DNA of 59,706 bases, filler included, from 4 parts of 4 records of this genome joined end to end with filler, not necessarily neighbours in it, one strand, 5' to 3'. Counted from the first letter of the whole stretch, positions 42,585-52,834 are shown. The notes: a model not told the origin generated them from the sequence alone. Numbers and translations: made by a program.

Positions 42585-43222
42585 CGAAATTGAACCTCCT
42601 TGTTCCTTCATTCGCGCCGAATTTGGGCCGATGCCTCATTCGGTCGGTCAAAAAGTGGTCGATCTTTGAGCCGTATTGGTTATGAATACAGAGCAATTGC
42701 TCCCATGTCCCCTCAGCTACGCAACTCTCCCGGCTACCGAGAAAATAAGCAGCCTAGGAAGACTTTGCCGGCTTCGGTTTGCGTATCTTAGCACGATTTG
42801 AGCTACCTTCAGAGCCTTCTTGTCAGCTTCATCAGCCCAGTTGCGGCGATAATTTGGTTTCCAGAGCGGTAGCAGAACGCTCCTGGCCACTTCCGTGGCG
42901 AGGGCGACACGATTTGGAGCCGTGATTGACTTTGACGATTGCCTACCTGTAGGGAACGAAGCGGGTATGCACACACTGGAAAGAAACGTACGGAATCTTA
43001 CCGGCCGGCGACGATGACGGGTGACAGCGAGTGGCGCACCACCATCGATGGTACCCTGCGCTGGCGGCAAAGGCAGCCGATTGCTCGCAAGAACGATCCC
43101 ACAAAGACCACTACTTCTCGCGTGAACTCGTTTGTGATCCAGCAACCGAGTTTGGTGACGGCCGACCTGCGGCAGTGTCATCAGGCGGGCAGAAATCAAC
43201 CCAGGAAGGGGAGTGCTCCATC

Positions 43223-43597
43223 ATGCAACTCGCGAAAAGGATTTTAGGCGTTGCAGTTCTCGTTGCGGCAGCTTCAACAGCATCGACCGCTGCAGCTCAG
43301 CAGTATGTCAGTGTTGGACAGCAGTTGTTTGCAAACCAGTACACACAGGGCTACGCTAATCAAGCGACCGCTCAAATGTACATTGCACCGGTACCAGTAC
43401 CCGCGTGGGTAGGCCACACGTACATCACGTACGAAGGCCTCTATCCACACGAAATGATGTACCGACACACAGATCGCTACCACAGTTACTACGACCATGG
43501 GCGCGGCCTGAACTCAACCAAAATCCACTACTCCACGTCCCCACTCCGCACGTCCGTCAAAGGGATCTTCAAATCAATTAGCCTTCCGCGACCTTAA
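43223..43597 (+). CDS. Secreted Tyr/His-rich hypothetical protein
   Basis: SD AGGGGAG, signal peptide ending AAA, 12 Tyr in ~99 mature residues. Confidence 0.75.
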   Translation: MQLAKRILGVAVLVAAASTASTAAAQQYVSVGQQLFANQYTQGYANQATAQMYIAPVPVPAWVGHTYITYEGLYPHEMMYRHTDRYHSYYDHGRGLNSTKIHYSTSPLRTSVKGIFKSISLPRP

Positions 43598-43670
43598 TCG
43601 GCGCAGATGTTAATACGATCGAAGACGTTTGCGACCACGCGTGGGGGTAGCCTCATTCAGGAGAATTCCC

Positions 43671-44051
43671 ATGAGAACCGCTCTCATATTTAGCTTGTTG
43701 TGCGTCGCGTTCGCAAGCGTATGTCCAACTGCCAATGCTGAACGATTCCGCCGCGGATTTTCACCGTCCAGCTTCGGAGATTCATGGGCGCAGCGGCACG
43801 CAGCCGGGCGTCCGTGGCACGGCCAGCACTATTACCTGCAGTACGGACAGCCGACGGCATTAGTCGTTCCACCAACTGCGATCATGCAGTCGAATTACTC
43901 GTGGGGCGTTTCGCGCAATACGATGACGCCGACCTACCACCAGTACGGCAGAGCGGCTACGCCAAGTGCCGGTGGTGCGTTCTACGGAACCCCGCCGTGG
44001 CCAAGTAGCACCTCGCAATTCGGTGTCTATCCGGTTCGAGCGCCCTGGTAG
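43671..44051 (+). CDS. Secreted Tyr/Trp/Pro-rich hypothetical protein
   Basis: SD AGGAG, signal peptide ending ANA, ends GVYPVRAPW. Confidence 0.75.
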   Translation: MRTALIFSLLCVAFASVCPTANAERFRRGFSPSSFGDSWAQRHAAGRPWHGQHYYLQYGQPTALVVPPTAIMQSNYSWGVSRNTMTPTYHQYGRAATPSAGGAFYGTPPWPSSTSQFGVYPVRAPW

Positions 44052-44140
44052 CTAGGCTATTTGCTCAATGAAGTGACAGGTTCCGCGAAGATTAGCGGCT
44101 TCGGACGCGACGCCGAACCTTGTTGATTCGAAAACTGTCA

Positions 44141-44175
44141 AAGCACCGGCTCGGTTGTTGAGTCGGTGCTTTTTT
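44141..44175 (+). terminator. Rho-independent terminator
   Basis: AAGCACCGGCTC-loop-GAGTCGGTGCTT + T-run. Confidence 0.8.
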
Positions 44176-44394
44176 CGTTTGTGCTTCTTCCTTACGTGTA
44201 CTTCGCATCCGCATCGTGCTAGCTTTTATATTTTCCCGATGGCCACGTCTTTCATAGATGCACTTGCGCGGCAGCCCTTGATATAAAGCCATGTCTTCGG
44301 CCGCTGACGAAGTTGATACAATCCAGGAAGCGGCAAATAGCTGAGCCTCCACAATTTAATTTCCACTTGGTTTCCTAATCTTACAGCTTGCTCC

Positions 44395-45255
44395 ATGTCC
44401 GAACCTCAGATCTATATCAGCGGCCAGTTCTTTCAAAAGTCCGACGCAAAAATTAGCGTTTACGATCACGGACTCCTCTACGGTGACGGCGTATTCGAAG
44501 GCATGCGTGCGTACTCTGGACGAGTGTTCAAGCACGAAGAACATCTGGACCGCCTCTATGAATCGGCTCACGCCATCCTGCTAGAAATCCCGATCTCGAA
44601 ACAGGAAATGGCCGACGCGGTGAACAAATCGTTGGAGGTGAACAATCTTTCCGACGCTTACATAAGACTGATTGTCACCCGCGGTGCAGGGGCCCTAGGG
44701 CTGGATCCAGGTCGGACTTCTGATCCTCAGGTTATCATCATTGCCGACAAGATCGCGCTCTATCCACAAGAGCTGTACGACAATGGTCTGGAGATCATCA
44801 CCGCTGCAACCATTCGCAATCACCCAGCCGCGCTCAACCCAAGGATCAAATCGCTCAACTACCTGAACAATATCATGGCCAAAGTTGAAGGGCTGAAAGC
44901 AGGCTGCGAAGAGGCTCTGATGATGAATCACAAAGGGGAAATTGCCGAGTGCACCGGAGACAACATCTTTCTAGTTCGAAATGGACGTGTCGAAACACCG
45001 CCGATCGACGCCGGAATTCTGGAAGGCATCACTCGAAACGCAGTCATTGATCTAGCCGGCGAGGCTCGCATCGAAGTCCTGCAGCACTCATTGTCACGAC
45101 ACGACGTCTACACCGCCGACGAGTGCTTCTTGACCGGCAGTGCTGCTGAGGTCATACCGGTCATCAAAGTCGATGATCGAGTTATTGGTGATGGAAAGGT
45201 TGGAGCAATCACAAAGCAACTGCACAAAGCTTTCCATACTCTCGTTCGAAATTGA
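44395..45255 (+). CDS. ilvE: Branched-chain amino acid aminotransferase
   Basis: DHGLLYGDGVFEG, IKSLNY PLP lysine, ECTGDN, ILEGITR, TGSAAEVIPV. Confidence 0.93.
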   Translation: MSEPQIYISGQFFQKSDAKISVYDHGLLYGDGVFEGMRAYSGRVFKHEEHLDRLYESAHAILLEIPISKQEMADAVNKSLEVNNLSDAYIRLIVTRGAGALGLDPGRTSDPQVIIIADKIALYPQELYDNGLEIITAATIRNHPAALNPRIKSLNYLNNIMAKVEGLKAGCEEALMMNHKGEIAECTGDNIFLVRNGRVETPPIDAGILEGITRNAVIDLAGEARIEVLQHSLSRHDVYTADECFLTGSAAEVIPVIKVDDRVIGDGKVGAITKQLHKAFHTLVRN

Positions 45256-45320
45256 GCTAGACGATTGCCAATACGCTAGAATGCGTCAAACGAATCTATG
45301 CCAGTGAACGAGGAAAAGCG

Positions 45321-46082
45321 ATGCTCAATTCAGCGAATCGATGGAGCCAGTTGATCAGGATCACTAGCATAGCAACCATCACGGCGCTCGCGGTCGGCAT
45401 TTTAACCCTCCGCAATCAAACCGATGCGGATGATAAAGCCGCCAAGCTGAATGAAAAAGTCCCTCCTGCAAAGCCGACCTTCTACGGACGCAGGATTGCC
45501 CAAACGATGAGCTACCATGGCGCCGGCTGGCTCATCCGCGAATCGCGGGAAAAGGAAGAACGGCCAAGTGTCGTCATGGAAGCCCTTGAGCTAAAGCCTG
45601 GCATGACTGTTTGCGACATGGGCTGCGGAAACGGGTTCTACTCTTTGTTAATGAGCGAGGCGATTGGAGAGAAGGGCAAGGTACTGGCTGTTGATATCCA
45701 GCCAGAAATGCTACGCCTGCTTGAAGCTAGAGCCAAGAAGGCGAAAGCCAAGAATATCAAACCTATTCTCGGCAGCTTGATCAATCCCAATCTCCCCAAG
45801 GGTGAAGTGGACCTTCTCCTGATGGTGGATGTCTACCACGAGTTTTCCCACCCTCGTCAAATGCTCCAACACATTCGGGATTCATTATCCGAAGACGGTG
45901 TGGTGGCACTTTTGGAATACCGCGGCGAAGATCCATGGGTTCCCATCAAACCGCTTCATAAGATGACCAAGAGGCAAATCTTGAAAGAGTACAAGGCAAA
46001 CGGGTTCGAGTTGGTCCGCGAGTTTGACGAACTTCCATGGCAGCACTTGATGTTCTTTGGTCGCGCCAAAGACAGTGAATAG
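45321..46082 (+). CDS. Class I SAM-dependent methyltransferase with N-terminal export/anchor sequence
   Basis: CDMGCGNG, AVDIQ, DVYHEF, PIKPLHKM. Confidence 0.85.
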   Translation: MLNSANRWSQLIRITSIATITALAVGILTLRNQTDADDKAAKLNEKVPPAKPTFYGRRIAQTMSYHGAGWLIRESREKEERPSVVMEALELKPGMTVCDMGCGNGFYSLLMSEAIGEKGKVLAVDIQPEMLRLLEARAKKAKAKNIKPILGSLINPNLPKGEVDLLLMVDVYHEFSHPRQMLQHIRDSLSEDGVVALLEYRGEDPWVPIKPLHKMTKRQILKEYKANGFELVREFDELPWQHLMFFGRAKDSE

Positions 46083-46208
46083 GTAGCGGCTACAATCAAT
46101 GCCGCACTTCACTTGAATTCTCGGAATAAAATTCACTCTGTTGATTTCTCCATCTTGTAGTCAGCTCCAATCCTCGGACGCGGACTCTACATCTTGGAGG
46201 ACAGATCA

Positions 46209-48692
46209 ATGACCGGTCGACATTCGTTTCGATTCCGCGGACAGCACGCTTTGCTTTCGCGATTTTCTTTGATCCCACTTCTGCTCTGCGGTGCATCACT
46301 GGCCGGGTGCTCCGGTAGCGCTGTACGCGAGGACCGGTTTATCGCAGTCGATCCTGGTGGGGACAGCCTCAGTTTTCAGCACGGGACTTCGGGCGTTTTT
46401 GTAGAGCAACCTGGTGTTTTTAAGAACATCTTCAAACCGGGGCCAGAGTGCGTCGCAGTCAGTTCACCGCGTTACAGCAGTGACGGCAAATCGCTGATCT
46501 TTTGCGTCGCACGACTTCGGAAACCCGATCAAGACAACACCTCTAGCCAAGCTGAAACAGATTCTGAATCGAGCGATGATCCAATCGTCGAATCCGACAT
46601 TGGCCAGACGACGCCCGACACCTGGGATGAATCTCCAGATGGTCGACGGTTCTTCCCGGCACCGATCACGTACACTGTGATGCACTATGTTTTGGATGAG
46701 CACTCCTCAGAGGAAACGCCGCCCAAGGAACTGTTCACAGCCGACGTTGATCACTCAGGCTACGTGGCCGGCAACATGGCAGTTGCATGGTACTCAAACG
46801 ACGAGAAGATCCTCTTCGTCGACAAAGATTCAGACGCGTCCGTTAGCCTATTTGAATTTGACCTCAATTCGCGCACAAAGGCTGCAACAGAGCTGCCTCC
46901 AGCAATTGCTGCGGTCCCGATCGTATCTCCTGATGGCCAAGGCGTGGTTTGTCTGACGACGAACGATCAACGCAGTGTCGCACTTTGGCAGCGAAACGCT
47001 AGCGACGGCCAGTGGGAGAAGCTCAACTTCTACACTTCTCAAGTTGACGACTTGGACATATCGGGCTTAGCCACAATCCAGAAATTGCAGCCCACGTGGA
47101 GCCCCGATGGCAGCCACTTCTTGGTGCAAAGCCTGCATTCCGTGGACGGCGAAGAGAACCTGCAATCGAAGCTTTGGCTTGTTGATCGAGAAGATCACGA
47201 GTCGCCTTCATTGCTGACCGAATCCCAAACCAGTATCACGCATCTTAGGTGGCATCCCCAAAATTCTTCGCTGGGCTACTGCACCGACGGATCACTTCAC
47301 TGCATCGATCCGATAACCACAGAAGAGCTTTGGTCAATCGATGACGTCCGAGCGTTTGCGGGATGGTCGAAAGATGGAAAATCGATTGCGTTCACTCGTG
47401 GTTGGAAACCCACCAACGGACGATTCTGCACACTTATCCGCCCTCAACCACTGCAACGCGACTCATTGATGGTGGCAGAATATACCGATGGCAAAGTTGC
47501 CGAGGCACAGATTTCTGAAGAGTTCACGGGGCTTCGACTCGCGTTCCCAAGCTGGGGCAAGTCGGAAGATGAGGTTCTTTTCTGGGGAACATTCACACCA
47601 GCCTATCAAGGCGTGCTTTCACGGCTAACAACGGCAGGTATGCCCTTTGGTGACCCTGCAGCCCGTCTTGATCTATCTAAGAATCCAGAGGCACGAATAA
47701 CGTGGATGCCGATTGACTCCCGCGAAACGGTTCAGATCGGACACTACTATCTGAGCATTAATGAAAATGAGACCGCTTGGCAGTGGTATGAGAAAGCAGA
47801 AAAATCCGACGCAGAGTCCGCGAGTGCCGAAACGCCGGAGTCGGATAAGCCACTCAACCGAAGTTACGATTTGCCGCACTTGCACAAATCAATTTGCCTG
47901 AGGCGGCTTGGTAGAACGGCGGAAGCAGATCAAGCACTGGAGAATTTCGAGACAAGCTACCTCCAGTGGGCTCGACGCCTAGCAGTTTTAACGGGCCAAG
48001 CAGGTGCCACTGACCAAGATGGCGAGCAGCCCCAGGGCGACAACTCGGATTCATCGATCAGCTCCGATCCTGCAACGTTCGATTCACTTATTCTGCCCTA
48101 CCTGAAGACCAACTACGAAGCGGAAGTCTTCTTAAGCCTAAATGCGGGTAGGGAGCTTGAGCAAGTCTTAGATCAACGCATTGCTTCAGAGTCGGGCGAC
48201 GCCATTCTGGCCGCTCAATTGGCCCGTTCGCAGGTCATGCTGGTCAACGGCGAAAGCGAATACGTATATGCCAAATGGGTGATTGAAAACCTATTCAAGC
48301 CGCTTGATCAGTTCAGCGACTTTGGAGATACAAACCTTGATGAAGCGGCTTCAGTCCAGGTCGAACAGTTTCGCCGAATACTTGCAGCCCACGCGATCAC
48401 ATTGACACTTCGCCCGCTGCTAGCTGGTGAATTCTTCGCCGAGCTAAGTGACGAAGAGCTTGAACAAATCATCGAGCAACTGCAGAGCTACAGAGAGAAC
48501 TCTCCATCTGTACTGTCCACCGAATTCGCTCGACGCAGCCTCGAAGTGGTGCAGCGATCGATGACGAGCCGCAATCTGGACTTCACCGAAGAGACAATTG
48601 ACATGCCAATCGATTCGACAACATCTGGCTACCTGGACCAACTGCTCTCCGTCGCTAGCATGCTGTCCGATGAAGCAGACTGGCTCCAATAG
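46209..48692 (+). CDS. Putative lipoprotein with TolB/PD40-like propeller and TPR-like helices
   Basis: Lipobox LAGC; repeats YSSDG, VSPDG, WSPDG, WHPQ, WSKDG; SD GGAGG. Confidence 0.7.
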   Translation: MTGRHSFRFRGQHALLSRFSLIPLLLCGASLAGCSGSAVREDRFIAVDPGGDSLSFQHGTSGVFVEQPGVFKNIFKPGPECVAVSSPRYSSDGKSLIFCVARLRKPDQDNTSSQAETDSESSDDPIVESDIGQTTPDTWDESPDGRRFFPAPITYTVMHYVLDEHSSEETPPKELFTADVDHSGYVAGNMAVAWYSNDEKILFVDKDSDASVSLFEFDLNSRTKAATELPPAIAAVPIVSPDGQGVVCLTTNDQRSVALWQRNASDGQWEKLNFYTSQVDDLDISGLATIQKLQPTWSPDGSHFLVQSLHSVDGEENLQSKLWLVDREDHESPSLLTESQTSITHLRWHPQNSSLGYCTDGSLHCIDPITTEELWSIDDVRAFAGWSKDGKSIAFTRGWKPTNGRFCTLIRPQPLQRDSLMVAEYTDGKVAEAQISEEFTGLRLAFPSWGKSEDEVLFWGTFTPAYQGVLSRLTTAGMPFGDPAARLDLSKNPEARITWMPIDSRETVQIGHYYLSINENETAWQWYEKAEKSDAESASAETPESDKPLNRSYDLPHLHKSICLRRLGRTAEADQALENFETSYLQWARRLAVLTGQAGATDQDGEQPQGDNSDSSISSDPATFDSLILPYLKTNYEAEVFLSLNAGRELEQVLDQRIASESGDAILAAQLARSQVMLVNGESEYVYAKWVIENLFKPLDQFSDFGDTNLDEAASVQVEQFRRILAAHAITLTLRPLLAGEFFAELSDEELEQIIEQLQSYRENSPSVLSTEFARRSLEVVQRSMTSRNLDFTEETIDMPIDSTTSGYLDQLLSVASMLSDEADWLQ

Positions 48693-48716
48693 TGGCACGT
48701 TCCTTCGGCACCTGAC

Positions 48717-51683
48717 CTACTCTGGGTAACGGAAATCCACGCTGCACAGCAGAGCGTGTACTAACTGAGCAACTCGTTCTTCGGTGCTTTCGTCCTTGGC
48801 GATTAAGAAGGCCAATGCAACGTTGCGTTCGCTAGGGCTTGGGACTCGCTGTAAACAAAGCTTGTAAATCTCCGCGACCATCCATTCTATCCGCCGCTCG
48901 TAGTCGGACTTAGCCGAGTATTCTTGCTCGTAGCTTTCGACGATTCTGTTCGCAGTCGCTCTAGCGCGCTCTTGCACCCACGGGGAATTTCGCAGAGCAA
49001 GCGCCTGTGTCGCCACCGTACTGCGAGGCCTTTTTCCAATCGATGCACTTGGGTCGGCGAAATCGAAAGCGTCAAACAGTGGCGGCAGTGAATTTCTCAG
49101 GACAGGCTGGTAGATGGACCGACGCGTCCCCTCGTGCTTGTAAGAATAGTCGGCTTTGGTACCAGGCCGGATTGTTGGTCCTCCCTTCGCCGAATCAAGC
49201 TCACCACTTGCAGTCAACATAGCATCACATAACATTTCAACCGACAGCCGTCGCTGCTGCGCTCGCCAATAAAATCTATTGTCTGGGTCGGATTGGCGAT
49301 TTGCTTCAACATTCGCGACAGAACGCTTGTATGCATCTGACGTAACGATAAGACGTACGAGCTCTTTCGTCGACCACTGTTTATCCATCAACTGGACGGC
49401 AAGCCAATCCAACAGTTCAGGATGCGTGGGGGCAAAACCGGTGGTGCCAAAGTTATTCGGCGACGCCACAATTCCTTGCCCCATCAACCAGCTCCAAACG
49501 CGGTTCGCGTAGACGCGTGCTGTGAGCGGGTTTTCGCGTGACGCAATCCACCTGGCTAGTTCAAGTCGACCGCCGCTTTCTTCAGAGATGAATACTCTGG
49601 GTCCTAAAGCTGTCAGCACACCTCGTGGAACGATCTCGGTTTGAGTGTGAACGTTTCCACGAACGTGAATCGCAACATTCCGGGGTTCTCCCGTTTGCAA
49701 TACAGTCAGGTACTTTGGCCGTCGGGCGATGGTTGCGGTGAGTTCCTTTTTCTGTGCCTCGATTTTGTTGAGCCGTTCTTGGATGGCAACCACTTCTTTC
49801 AGTTTTGCATTCCCATCGCTTTCCGCTACGGACTGCTTGCCCAATTCCGAGTCCCCTCGCGGAAGAAACTGAACCGCATCGGCGATGACGTAGCCGTCAG
49901 AACCTTCGGTCGAAATCATCACGTAGGCTTGTCCATTCTCTTCGAACCGAAACACTCCCAGCGAATGCCACAATCCGTCGATGACGGGCTTTTCGCGTTG
50001 ATTGACCAATACAGTCTGCTGTTCGGCAGCGCTAAAGACATCGAACTTGGCTCGAGAACTGCGGTTGGCATTGGATGTGTAGGAAACTCGGACTTCATAC
50101 TCACCAGCCGGAATTGCTGCCGGCTCGAAAGTAGCCGTGGAAGGTGATTTCGGAAGTGCATGAATGTAGTGATCGCCGACAATGCGCCCGACAAAGTCCG
50201 ACTCGGTCCAACTACCAACTAACTTCGCTGCGGTATTGTCCACAACGATGCCGTCGAGCGTCCCAATGCCCACGTGCTTCTCGCCAGCAACCAGCGACTT
50301 GCTTTGCGAAAGCTCCGCACGTAACGATTTTTCTTGGCGGGCCACCTTTTTCAGTTCAGCCTCAGCAAGGTCGAAAACCTTCTCCTCGGCCGGTTCGAGC
50401 GGTAGTGGATGATCGATCCATTTCGATACATTGTCATGCTCGAACGCTTTTGTCGAACGCATGATGCCAGCCAGCGCGTAGTAGTCCTTAGTGGGAATCG
50501 GATCAAACTTGTGATCGTGGCATCGGGCGCATCCGATTGTTTGCCCAAGAAAGGCTCGCCCCATTACCTCAAGCTGTTCATCGATATAGTCCATCTCAAG
50601 CTGCTCTTTGTCTTGCTGCTCGAGGTTCGTGTTGCCCAGCGCCAGGAAGCCAGTTGCTACTACTTGGCGAGCCCTTTCTTCGACTGAACCACTTGCGAGT
50701 AGGTCTCCAGCGATCTGTTCAAGCACCATTCGACTTAGCGGCATATCATTGTTATATGCATCGATTGTCCAATCACGGTAACGCCATGCATTGGGAAGCA
50801 CAAACCCGCGCAGAGTAATGGATTCTGCATATCGAGCGACATCCAGCCAATGACGTGCAAAGTGCTCGCCATATGCGGGGGACGCCAACAATCTTTCCAC
50901 AAGATTGGCATACTTTTCATCGCTCGAATCGGCGACGTAGTTTTGGATCTGCTCAAACGTCGGCGGCAAGCCGGTCAGATCGAGATACAATCGGCGAACC
51001 AGTACAGCCTCACTAGCTTGGCCAACTGGACGCAGATCATTGTCTTCCAGCTTACTGGCCACGAAGTCATCAATCGACTTCGAACTGCTCTTTAGTTTTT
51101 CAAAATCGATCGGACGATAAGCCCAATGCTCCTTCGCGCGATCGACCGTTAACGCGGTCGACTCAGGCTCTTCGGTAAGCCCAGGCGCTCGTGGGTCGGG
51201 AGCTCCACGTTCGACCCAGAGCCGAAACCGCTGAACGACATCTTCGGGAAGCCGCTCATCGGGAGGCATCTGTAAGTTAGGATCATTGTAGGAGATAACC
51301 TTCAACAGTAGGCTCTTGTCGGGATCCTTTAGATCAACGGCCGCACCTGAGTCTCCACCTTCTAGCATTTGTTGCTGCGAATCGAGCGATAGTCCACCGC
51401 TCAACTCAGATTCTGCAGAGTGGCAGTCAAGACAACTTTCGACAAGCACCGGACGAATGTGACTCTCAAAAAAACTCAGGTCGTCATCGGATATCCGTGG
51501 CTTTGCCGATCGACTTTCAGTTACCTCTTGCCCGCATGCCATCTGGGGCGTTGGGACTAGCCAGAGTGCAAGAATTAGAAGCGAGCCAACCTGTCGGGCG
51601 GCTCCCAGATTCAACGCATTGCATTCCGGTGAAGACTGAGGCGAGCCGACAGTCCGGGGAACGGAGGAAACTCGTTTACGCAT
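48717..51683 (-). CDS. Planctomycete cytochrome c / DUF1549 / DUF1553 protein
   Basis: FFESHIRPVLVESCLDCH, WLDVARYAES, CARCHDHKFDPI, PLTARVYANRVW, PTHPELLDWLA; start uncertain. Confidence 0.9.
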   Translation of the reverse strand: MRKRVSSVPRTVGSPQSSPECNALNLGAARQVGSLLILALWLVPTPQMACGQEVTESRSAKPRISDDDLSFFESHIRPVLVESCLDCHSAESELSGGLSLDSQQQMLEGGDSGAAVDLKDPDKSLLLKVISYNDPNLQMPPDERLPEDVVQRFRLWVERGAPDPRAPGLTEEPESTALTVDRAKEHWAYRPIDFEKLKSSSKSIDDFVASKLEDNDLRPVGQASEAVLVRRLYLDLTGLPPTFEQIQNYVADSSDEKYANLVERLLASPAYGEHFARHWLDVARYAESITLRGFVLPNAWRYRDWTIDAYNNDMPLSRMVLEQIAGDLLASGSVEERARQVVATGFLALGNTNLEQQDKEQLEMDYIDEQLEVMGRAFLGQTIGCARCHDHKFDPIPTKDYYALAGIMRSTKAFEHDNVSKWIDHPLPLEPAEEKVFDLAEAELKKVARQEKSLRAELSQSKSLVAGEKHVGIGTLDGIVVDNTAAKLVGSWTESDFVGRIVGDHYIHALPKSPSTATFEPAAIPAGEYEVRVSYTSNANRSSRAKFDVFSAAEQQTVLVNQREKPVIDGLWHSLGVFRFEENGQAYVMISTEGSDGYVIADAVQFLPRGDSELGKQSVAESDGNAKLKEVVAIQERLNKIEAQKKELTATIARRPKYLTVLQTGEPRNVAIHVRGNVHTQTEIVPRGVLTALGPRVFISEESGGRLELARWIASRENPLTARVYANRVWSWLMGQGIVASPNNFGTTGFAPTHPELLDWLAVQLMDKQWSTKELVRLIVTSDAYKRSVANVEANRQSDPDNRFYWRAQQRRLSVEMLCDAMLTASGELDSAKGGPTIRPGTKADYSYKHEGTRRSIYQPVLRNSLPPLFDAFDFADPSASIGKRPRSTVATQALALRNSPWVQERARATANRIVESYEQEYSAKSDYERRIEWMVAEIYKLCLQRVPSPSERNVALAFLIAKDESTEERVAQLVHALLCSVDFRYPE

Positions 51684-51789
51684 CGCGTGATTATTCTGCT
51701 ATCGAAGGGCTGGATCGATTGAGGTGGGACCTCCATTCTAGCAGAGTGCCCATGCAGTCTCAATTTCGCTCGCACTGCTCGGGCTACAC

Positions 51790-52095
51790 AGCCTGGAGGG
51801 CGAAACAATCATTGCCCAGCTCTGTCCGTAGTATGGTTGCAGCACCACATCAGCCGCCAAGCGCCAGCTTGCTGTTTCACACCAGCCGCTTAGCGCAAAC
51901 ATGCGGTTCCACATCGGCCGCCAGGCGCAAGCTTGCTGTTTCCACTGCTGCGCAACACATCCGAGCCCGGAGGGCGGCACATGGCAGTGCGTCAACAGCT
52001 TCTGAGCACGACTAATGTGTCGGCCTCCGGCCTGTCTTCCAAGGGAACTTCTGCACCGGTGGCTGACGCCACCGGCAGGGATTCTGCCGGGCTCC
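51790..52095. repeat. REP-like palindromic repeat cluster at contig end
   Basis: GCCCGGAGGGCGGCACAT (51965-82) inverted against ATGTGTCGGCCTCCGGCC (52015-32); palindrome CCGGTGGC-TGAC-GCCACCGG (52056-75); degenerate copy at 51791. Confidence 0.6.
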
Positions 52096-52195
52096 NNNNN
52101 NNNNNNNNNNNNNNNNNNNNNNNNNNNNNNNNNNNNNNNTTAATTAATTAANNNNNNNNNNNNNNNNNNNNNNNNNNNNNNNNNNNNNNNNNNNN
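52096..52195. other. Artificial contig spacer
   Basis: N-run / TTAATTAATTAA / N-run. Confidence 0.98.
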
Positions 52196-52196
52196 G

Positions 52197-52505
52197 AAAG
52201 GCCAGTTCGCTCAGGTGAACTATGCCGCAACCAAGGCCGGTGATCTGGGCATCGTGAAATCCCTCGCCCAGGAAGGCGCACGCGCCAACATCACTGCCAA
52301 TGCAATCTGCCCCGGCTACATCGGTACTGACATGGTGATGGCCGTGCCTGAAAAGGTCCGCGAAAGCATCATCGCACAGATCCCCGCCGGACGTCTGGGT
52401 GAGCCGGAAGAGATCGCCCGCGCGGTGAAATTCCTCGTGGCGGACGACGCGGGCTTTATCAATGGCTCGACGATCTCTGCCAATGGCGCACAGTTCTTTG
52501 TCTAA
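52197..52505 (+). CDS. phbB: Acetoacetyl-CoA reductase, 3' fragment
   Basis: KGQFAQVNYAATKAG (YxxxK), ICPGYIGTDMV, GSTISANGAQF. Confidence 0.9.
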   Translation, partial: KGQFAQVNYAATKAGDLGIVKSLAQEGARANITANAICPGYIGTDMVMAVPEKVRESIIAQIPAGRLGEPEEIARAVKFLVADDAGFINGSTISANGAQFFV

Positions 52506-52537
52506 GTGAGACACCCCGCCACGGCGGGTCTGAAAAC

Positions 52538-52572
52538 AAAAAGGCCGGCTCATCCAGAGCCGGCCTTTCTTT
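52538..52572. terminator. Bidirectional terminator
   Basis: AAAGGCCGGCTC-ATCCA-GAGCCGGCCTTT between convergent genes. Confidence 0.85.
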
Positions 52573-52596
52573 ATCCCGTAAGAACGCTGCAGTCGC

Positions 52597-52713
52597 TCAG
52601 CGGGAAGTCTTGCCCATCAGCCAGGCCCAGACGCCCTGAACGGCGGCGGCGCGTTCGGCATGGGCATTCTGCATGATGCTGCGGGCGGCGGGGTTTGTGG
52701 TCGCTTCGATCAT
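52597..52713 (-). CDS. Small protein, 38 aa, divergent from the LysR gene
   Basis: SD GAAAGGA; MIEATTNPAARSIMQNAHAERAAAVQGVWAWLMGKTSR; ends at the terminator. Confidence 0.65.
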   Translation of the reverse strand: MIEATTNPAARSIMQNAHAERAAAVQGVWAWLMGKTSR

Positions 52714-52834
52714 GATCTGGATCCTTTCAGAAGGGAAACGTGAGTACATTTGAACTGATCCTAAGATGTACCTTCCGTTCACAACTGACAAACGAGACTT
52801 TTCAACGCATCAGTTAAGTATTACTTGTGTGACT

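Noticed and set aside
44160-44175. GAGTCGGTGCTTTTTT is identical to the 3' end of the SpCas9 tracrRNA/sgRNA scaffold
   Set aside because: Rest of the scaffold is absent, no cas genes or array, and it is explained as the 3' arm of an ordinary terminator
51497-52151. Several short ORFs upstream of the DUF1553 gene
   Set aside because: No motifs or SDs; they overlap REP-like repeats and each other
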